Source: Andalucia godoyi And28 (lineage: Eukaryota > Protista > Jakobida). Taken from it: a stretch of 64,000 nt of DNA. Below, piece by piece: positions 57,874-64,000 of this stretch (position 1 is the stretch's first letter; every line of letters starts with the position of its first letter). The stretch lies in the NCBI GenBank assembly GCA_009859145.1, contig VRVR01000045.1, positions 31,033-95,032 of the forward strand, read 5' to 3'. The notes below the pieces were generated by a model, which was not told the origin of the DNA, did not search any database, and saw nothing but the letters and a program-made list of their open reading frames with translations. Position numbers and translations under genes: made by a program.

Positions 57874-59358
57874 TCATTGTTGCTCGGTAAGATAAACAAC
57901 AACAACAGGCTCTGTGACTTCGATTCCCGAACTGCGAGGCACCACAATGTGAGCATGTGAGGTGCTGACGGTCACCGGAGAACCTTGCAGTTTCACAGCA
58001 ATACGAAGCTTGGAATTCCCCGTCCTCTTCAGCATGTTGGGAGTGGAATTCACGCCAAAAGTAGAAGCGGATGAAGACGTTGACAAAACATTTGATGATG
58101 GGATGGCGGACAAGGAGGCAGATGCTAGTGATGCCGCCGCCTCTGACGCGGGATTCTCAGCATTGCCGGTTTGCTCTTCGGTGAGCACCGCCAGGAAAAT
58201 ACTGTCAATGAGCATCGGATTGGATGATACTCCCACTGCGGAAAAGAACGCTTCATTAGCCTTTATCACGCGACCTTTGGCGTTCTTTGGCGCTTCATTC
58301 TTGTCTTCGTCCTTTGCAGAAGCTTCCGCGGCGGGCTCTTCATTTGAGACGGACGAAAGCGGGCCAGATACAACTGCCGCTGGAAATGGGCATTCCCAGA
58401 AGCCAAACGACGGTGCGTTCCATTCAATCCAGTGATCCCACTCATCTCTGCAATAACACTGTCGTCCGTAGAGCGTCGAAGAGTCGACCATCTTGATGCT
58501 GGAGTGGTGTGCGGAGAGCGGCACCTGTACTGCCGTACTGCCGGCGGTGTGAGAATAAAACGCGCCTCCATGTGATCCAATACCCCCTGTAGCCGCAGCG
58601 CCAGCAGCATTGCCATTTGCAGTGCTGTTTTGTCCGCTGCTATTCATACTTGTGCCGCTCGCAACGCCGTTGGCAGCCGTTGAGCCGAATGAAGTTGCAG
58701 ATCCCGACGACGTGCTGCTGTTCGCACCTCCACTGGTCGCGGACCCTGAGGTCTGTGGAAGAGCAAAAAACCGCGATCCATCACCATGCATGTGCCCGTG
58801 ATGCAAAGGATGCGAAACCGACCCTGCGCCGGCTCCTGTGCCGGCACCTGCGGACGAATGCATGCCACTCATCTGCGGATGACCATGGTGCTGCGCCATG
58901 CCCATTCCAACGCCGATGCTATTCGTATTGATATTCATATTCATGTACTGTGGCATCGGGGTAATGAGCGACGTTTGTGTTCCCGCCGCTCCCGGGGACC
59001 CGTAGAAGGGCAGCGTAATGACCGGAAGTCCGGCCGTTGAAAGAGCAGGGCGACCTCTCTTCTTTGGCGGATCATCGCAGCACATCGGGAGTGAGAGCTT
59101 TAGACACCGGACACACGGCCGTTGTTCGTCGCACTTCTTGTGAGCCCTTCTGCAGTTTGCGCACGCTTGGCGCGATAACGAAGCAGACGACGACGACGCA
59201 TTCAAATTGTTTGTGGAACTCGGATCGTACGAGTCCGATACTGGAGACGATGGCGCAGACGAAGATGATGGACGCCGGACCTGAACCGTCACTGGGACCG
59301 TCACCGGAACCGTCATGGCAGACGATGACGCTGACGATGACACTTCAGAAGACGACAT
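57874..59358 (-). CDS. Zn(II)2Cys6 (Gal4-type zinc cluster) transcription factor with possible C-terminal PAS-like region
   Basis: RQACANCRRAHKKCDEQRPCVRCLKLSLPMCCDDPPKKRGRP; C-terminal FWECPFPAAVV...VIKANEAFFSAVG resembles a PAS entry. Confidence 0.85.
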   Translation of the reverse strand: MSSSEVSSSASSSAMTVPVTVPVTVQVRRPSSSSAPSSPVSDSYDPSSTNNLNASSSSASLSRQACANCRRAHKKCDEQRPCVRCLKLSLPMCCDDPPKKRGRPALSTAGLPVITLPFYGSPGAAGTQTSLITPMPQYMNMNINTNSIGVGMGMAQHHGHPQMSGMHSSAGAGTGAGAGSVSHPLHHGHMHGDGSRFFALPQTSGSATSGGANSSTSSGSATSFGSTAANGVASGTSMNSSGQNSTANGNAAGAAATGGIGSHGGAFYSHTAGSTAVQVPLSAHHSSIKMVDSSTLYGRQCYCRDEWDHWIEWNAPSFGFWECPFPAAVVSGPLSSVSNEEPAAEASAKDEDKNEAPKNAKGRVIKANEAFFSAVGVSSNPMLIDSIFLAVLTEEQTGNAENPASEAAASLASASLSAIPSSNVLSTSSSASTFGVNSTPNMLKRTGNSKLRIAVKLQGSPVTVSTSHAHIVVPRSSGIEVTEPVVVVYLTEQQ

Positions 59359-59586
59359 CTACTTCACACTTTTACTCCAGCACGCACACGCCGAAAACGC
59401 ACACGAAAGCACCCTCTGATCGCACGCGAAACCTGGAGAAACTGGCAAAGACGAACAAGACTGCACTTGAGACAGCAGAAAATGAAATCACGAAACGAAT
59501 TCACGGAATGAAATGACAAATACGAAAACAATGTCTTGGCGAACGACGGGAACGGGGGTTTTGGGCTTTTTAGGAGGGTACTTGTC

Positions 59587-59613
59587 GGGGTTCCGGGAAG
59601 GCGGGGGTTCGGG
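59587..59613 (+). promoter_or_regulatory. Canonical G-quadruplex-forming motif in a divergent intergenic region
   Basis: GGGG-TTCC-GGG-AAGGC-GGGGG-TTC-GGG; further G-tracts at 59548-59578. Folding and function not shown. Confidence 0.4.
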
Positions 59614-59743
59614 AAAGCACCGATGTCCGATGGCCAATTTGGGGGGGTGTCATGTCAGTGACGCTCTCTGACACTGACACGGACTCGGACACTGACATTG
59701 GGGGGGGATTTTTCTCCCGCGCTCGGAGGGATGTGTGCCTCGA

Positions 59744-59841
59744 GAGTCAAGAGTCAAGAGTCAAGAGTCAAGAGTCAAGAGTCAAGAGTCAAGAGTCAAG
59801 AGTCAAGAGTCAAGAGTCAAGAGTCAAGAGTCAAGAGTCAA
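59744..59841. repeat. Perfect heptamer tandem array (GAGTCAA)x14
   Basis: 98 bp, 14 exact copies counted. Confidence 0.97.
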
Positions 59842-59911
59842 GATGCACTGCTGCATCTTCATCTTTCGAAATCGCTCATGTTAACTGGCTGTTGGAGAGC
59901 GGGGGAGTAGG

Positions 59912-60451
59912 ATGTCAGTGACCCAACTTGGAGAGCTAGGTGCGGCTTCCATGTGTGGCGGTGGTGTGTCGCCGGAGCTGCAAGCGTGGATTATCCCTGC
60001 ACAAATCCAGTCTGCCAAGCCGAGGCTGGATGCTCCAGTGCAAGGCTACTTTGCGTCGCGCATCTACCCGTCGTTTGCATCGTATGATCGTGCGGAGCTA
60101 GGAGATCGCAGCACGTCGGAGCAAATGCATCTCGTGGAGTGCAATCACAGTGACAATGACACCACGGTCGCATTCTTCCGCGGACGCATTCTGTCGCAAA
60201 TGGAAGCAATCCCATCACCCATTTCGCAGAGTGCGGATTCTCAATCACAGGCCAATGGATCCGGAAACCAGAAAGACCCTCGCGTGTTTATGATGCAGTC
60301 AGGGGTCGCAGGAGAAAGGAAACTCGTGGCTGTGAATCGCATCGCCGAATTCAAACTGGCCGGCGATGAGTTTCGACAGTCGATTCTCTCCAAGGCCAAA
60401 GCATACCTGAGTGTCGCGAGTCAGGCGCATGCACAGCCGCCGATTTCCTGA
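59912..60451 (+). CDS. RNASEH2C: Ribonuclease H2 subunit C-like protein
   Basis: WIIPAQI, APVQGYF, AFFRGRIL and C-terminal DE....A..YL.VA..AH follow the RNase H2C pattern. Confidence 0.6.
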   Translation: MSVTQLGELGAASMCGGGVSPELQAWIIPAQIQSAKPRLDAPVQGYFASRIYPSFASYDRAELGDRSTSEQMHLVECNHSDNDTTVAFFRGRILSQMEAIPSPISQSADSQSQANGSGNQKDPRVFMMQSGVAGERKLVAVNRIAEFKLAGDEFRQSILSKAKAYLSVASQAHAQPPIS

Positions 60452-61055
60452 TGATTGAGTGTCGTGGGCCGACGTCGATGCATGTCAGAATCTCCGGTCT
60501 CGTCCATTGAAACAGCTGCTTGTCCAACACTGTAACAGTCGGTAAGCACGGTGCCATTCGATCGCTCGGGAAAGTGTCGTCCAGGACGCTCTAAGACGCA
60601 AGCGATTTCGTCGGTTGTTCGGCGTACAGAATACAGGTACACCATGAATTACAATAAATAACAGCGAAAATAGAAAACAAAAGTGAAAAGAATGGCGTGT
60701 TTTCCCTCCTGCCGTAGACTGTCCGAAATGGCTCTCCAGTCTTTCCAAGCCTCGACCACTGTAGTCAGAAGGTGCGCACGTGGCAAAAAATAATAAAAAA
60801 ACGAGTTGCACGCGTGATGCATCGCCATGCGTCATGCATGGAGGCTTTTTTTTCTCTTATTGGCAACTGTGGAATTCAGCAGTCTTTGGTGACCTTGGGT
60901 TCGTTCGATCATTCCGCCTTCCTTCTTCGCTGTGCCTTCTTTTTTATTCTGATCTTGTTTCTCTGTTGTTTGTTTGTTTTGTTTTTAATTAAATTAGTGC
61001 AGTGGTCCTGATTTTGATCATTTTTGAAAAGAAAAAGACAACGAGTTCGTGGATC

Positions 61056-62747
61056 ATGTCGACAGCTTATTTGACGCCTGAGCAGGAGTCTCGAAAGCGC
61101 GAGCTGATGGCGATTTCTCGTCCTGAAGACAGTGTTTTCAAGACTAAGCTGGAGGCGATTGAAGCGGAGATTGCGGCGTTCACGAAAGTGATTGACCAGG
61201 GTAAGAGCACGATGGCGAGTGCAAAGGAGAACAAGAACTCTGCATCCAGCGAGGTTACCGACCGCAAGGCAGCCATCGCCAAGATCATGGAACGGCTCAA
61301 TCCGCTGCAGGAGACCCGTGAGAGACTTGACCGCGAGGTCAAGGCTGCAAACGAGGCGAAGGAGCGCATTGCTGCAGATCTGCAGAAAAAGCGCGAGGCT
61401 CTCGAAGGCTTGAAGTCGGAAGTTGAGATTGACCGTCAGGTGGAGACGCTTGAACACCAGATTGAAAGCGGTAACCTGTCGTTGCCCGAGGAAAAGAAGA
61501 TTTTGCAGAAGATTTCGACTCTTCGCAAGCAGAAGCCTGTCTTTGCCGAGCTTGCACAGGCCCAAAAGGGGCTCGATGCCGCATGGCAGGTTGTGAAGGC
61601 GCTTCAATCCGAATTCAACGCGTCACGGAACGCAGTGAATGCAGTGCGTGATGAACTCAAGGCTGCCCACAATGGTCTTCATGAATACATGCAGAAACAC
61701 AAAGCTGACCTGCCGAATTTCGAGACTGTGATTGCCAAGATGAACGAGGCATATGAGAAGCGAAAGGAGAAGCAGGCCGAACGGGATGCCTTGTACAAGA
61801 ATCACCGATCTGCCGTCGACGCTTTCTTCGGCGCTCAAAAGGAGCTGTCCAAGATTAGAGACGTGGAATACCGAAACCGCCGTGCTCACGAGAACCGTGA
61901 ACGCAGAAGAATCGAAGAAGAGGAGCAGAAGACGGAAATGGAATCGAATCGCAAGGCACAGTGGCTCTCGGAAATTGAAATGTGCGCCTCGCTGATCAGC
62001 TTTTTGGAGAATCTCTCGGAAAACTCGGAAAAAAAGGAGGCAGAGGCACGTAAGCAGCGTGAGACTCATCGTGCGCTTTCCAAGCTTGAGGAGCAAGGGT
62101 ACTTCATCAAGAAGAAGGGAGAACCGAACAAGAATATGAAGAAGGAGATTGCGTCTGCGCAGAAGAAGTCTGCTGCAGCCGCTCAGCAGGTCCCGGCACC
62201 AGTTGCCGCTGCTTCCAGCAGCAAGGAAGAGGCTCCTGCAAGCGATACCCCGGCGCAGCCAAAGGAGGAGCGCAAGTTGGTTATTCCGTTTGAGAAGCTC
62301 CAGGCTTTTGGATCTTTGGAAGTTCCAGCCCCTGTTACGTGGGCTGACGTGCCGGTTGCCATTGAAGCTGTCAAGCAGAAGAAGACTGTCTTTGAAGGCA
62401 AGCGCGAGGAAGCAATGAAGAAGTTGGATGAAGATCTTGCCAAGATTGCTCTGGACTTTGAGAAGAAGAGAAAGATCGAGGAAGAGCGCGATGTGCAGCG
62501 CGAAGCCGAGCGCCAAAAGGAGCGTGATGAGAAGGAGAAGGAGCGTGAGAAGGAGCGCTCTGAAAAGGAGAAGGAACGTGAGAAGGAGCGCGAAGCTAGG
62601 AATAAGGAGAAAGCTGAGAAGAAGGAAAAGAGAGACAAGGAGAATGCCGGCAAAGAGCCGAAGGAGTACAAGAATAAGCAGAAGAAGGACAGACTGCCTC
62701 CTGTCGCACCGGACTCTGCAGCGTCCGTGGATGCTATTACCGAATGA
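61056..62747 (+). CDS. Bfr1-like (nuclear segregation/mRNP) coiled-coil protein
   Basis: SRPE..FKTKLEAIEAEI N-terminus, long coiled coil, EIEMCASLISFL, C-terminal FGSLEVPAP...DVPVAIEAVKQKK and a charged tail. ATG at 61056. Confidence 0.6.
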   Translation: MSTAYLTPEQESRKRELMAISRPEDSVFKTKLEAIEAEIAAFTKVIDQGKSTMASAKENKNSASSEVTDRKAAIAKIMERLNPLQETRERLDREVKAANEAKERIAADLQKKREALEGLKSEVEIDRQVETLEHQIESGNLSLPEEKKILQKISTLRKQKPVFAELAQAQKGLDAAWQVVKALQSEFNASRNAVNAVRDELKAAHNGLHEYMQKHKADLPNFETVIAKMNEAYEKRKEKQAERDALYKNHRSAVDAFFGAQKELSKIRDVEYRNRRAHENRERRRIEEEEQKTEMESNRKAQWLSEIEMCASLISFLENLSENSEKKEAEARKQRETHRALSKLEEQGYFIKKKGEPNKNMKKEIASAQKKSAAAAQQVPAPVAAASSSKEEAPASDTPAQPKEERKLVIPFEKLQAFGSLEVPAPVTWADVPVAIEAVKQKKTVFEGKREEAMKKLDEDLAKIALDFEKKRKIEEERDVQREAERQKERDEKEKEREKERSEKEKEREKEREARNKEKAEKKEKRDKENAGKEPKEYKNKQKKDRLPPVAPDSAASVDAITE

Positions 62748-62972
62748 GCTTATTAGACTTGATCTGTTTCTTTCTCAGTGCTGTTTCTGTGTTGTTGTTT
62801 TTGGTTGTGATTGATTTAAAGATGAAAGTGCGAACGAGCAAAAACAATGATTACCTGAGTTGACTGTGCCGGGCATCGACGCAAGTCCTCTCTGACTGTA
62901 TTGTATGTTCTGTACATTGCTTGATCGTTGCGAATTTGCAATAGAGCTGGAACGGAGCTCGGATGCGTTCCT

Positions 62973-64000
62973 TCACTGGTGAATGTTCGCCGAGTCGCTG
63001 GGATCTCCTGTAGCGGAGCAGATTCTTCGCAGCAGCGGCATAACTTCGTCACCAGTGAAACGTCCAAGAACACCTTGCGCTAAGCTCTTTTCATCAAATT
63101 TTGTACAAGGGTCCGTCGTCTTCCACCTCGATGCTGCTGTGCATCGTCCAATGATGAAAGGAACAGGTTCGTGAGAATGATCTTCAAACGAACAGGGGGT
63201 GGAGTGGTCACCCGTTACACAAAGTGCAACGTCTGCCGGAAGATCTCGCATCAGCAGTCCAACAACGTCGTCGCACTTCTTCAACATTCTGGACTTGATT
63301 TCCACTGAGCCATCATGGCCCGCATCATCCACGCACTTCACGTGAAGGAAAACAAAATCTACCGGTCCAGATATCGGCGACAACATATCTGTCTCCTCGG
63401 CTGAAGGCAGGTACACCGACGGCGCGCTGGAAACGGTGCGGTGGTGGAACAGTTGAATGGCTGCTCGGCCCTTCATCATCAGATTCGAATCATAGTCACC
63501 AGTTGTCCCGCTGGGAACAATGACTGGAAGACCGAGGCAGAGCCCTAAGCCCTTGATACAGGCAGTGGGTGCAATCATCACCTGAACAAAAGGCGATTCT
63601 CGCAAAAAGCGGAACGGCGGCGTCTGGATCCGAACTCCAGCCCCACGGAGCAACACGCAATTTGCAGGTGGCAGACTGTTCTCAATGCGCTGCAAGTTCA
63701 GAGGATGGCATTCCAACAGGGTGGAAAAAATGTCGGAAAGCGCATTCACCAGATCACACGTGAATAATGCAGCGTTGTACTGCGGGTCATCAGCAGGAAC
63801 AGTTGGAGCACACATGACAAGGGGCAAGTTATCTCGAAGCGGGTCCGTGCCGGAAATTGCATCACTAAGGCCAGGCCCTCTCACTCGAACCCCACAACGA
63901 TGTTCTGTAGAGTACTGAACAAGAACGGAGTATCCTCTGAACTTGGGTTCAAACACTCCGAGATCGGCGCATTTTTCCGAGAGATACGCGCACAACGGAG
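62973..64000 (-). CDS. apgM: Cofactor-independent phosphoglycerate mutase, archaeal (ApgM) type; 5' part lies beyond the window
   Basis: HRCGVRVRGPGLSDAISGTDP, HPLNLQR...PANCVLLRGAG, GTTGDYDSN, FLHVKCVDDAGHDG, TGDHSTP, DHSHEPVP, FDE...GVLGRF. Confidence 0.9.
   Translation of the reverse strand, partial: PLCAYLSEKCADLGVFEPKFRGYSVLVQYSTEHRCGVRVRGPGLSDAISGTDPLRDNLPLVMCAPTVPADDPQYNAALFTCDLVNALSDIFSTLLECHPLNLQRIENSLPPANCVLLRGAGVRIQTPPFRFLRESPFVQVMIAPTACIKGLGLCLGLPVIVPSGTTGDYDSNLMMKGRAAIQLFHHRTVSSAPSVYLPSAEETDMLSPISGPVDFVFLHVKCVDDAGHDGSVEIKSRMLKKCDDVVGLLMRDLPADVALCVTGDHSTPCSFEDHSHEPVPFIIGRCTAASRWKTTDPCTKFDEKSLAQGVLGRFTGDEVMPLLRRICSATGDPSDSANIHQ

Noticed and set aside
59744-59841. (GAGTCAA)14 as a CRISPR array or telomeric repeat
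   Set aside because: No spacers or cas genes; interstitial and not a G-tract telomere-type unit that I recognise.
59652-59921. ORFs encoding (ESRVKSQ)n
   Set aside because: Products of the heptamer array, which lacks stops in these frames; no other coding evidence.
1-64000. tRNA, rRNA or CRISPR features
   Set aside because: None recognised by eye; tRNAscan-SE and Infernal would be needed to exclude them.

Overview
Gene-dense, almost intron-free eukaryotic DNA, most consistent with a compact free-living protist genome (species not determinable from sequence alone). The first ~7.5 kb looks like an accessory zone: a secreted RCC1-repeat/Cys-rich gene running off the left edge, a 2.86-kb hAT DNA transposon with terminal inverted repeats and a disrupted transposase, an intact GH25 lysozyme, and a convergent decayed c-type-like lysozyme. 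Most of the rest is housekeeping: Sec24, a GT31 glycosyltransferase, an F-box protein, SMC2, a P1B Cu-ATPase, Cdc23/APC8, a type II peroxiredoxin, an LRR protein, a USP40-like DUB, a shortened PEX1, TAP42/alpha4, a Zn2Cys6 transcription factor, RNase H2C-like, Bfr1-like and an archaeal-type iPGM. The standout is a block at 27.0-35.1 kb of bacterial-like tailoring/redox enzymes: a membrane-anchored class II O-methyltransferase, a membrane-anchored Rieske oxygenase with one frame break, and, divergent from it, a 1501-aa single-ORF fusion of luciferase-like monooxygenase + type 1 glutamine amidotransferase + ApbE flavin transferase + flavin-reductase-like domain. I do not recognise that architecture. 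All family assignments come from motif reading by eye; no searches were run.
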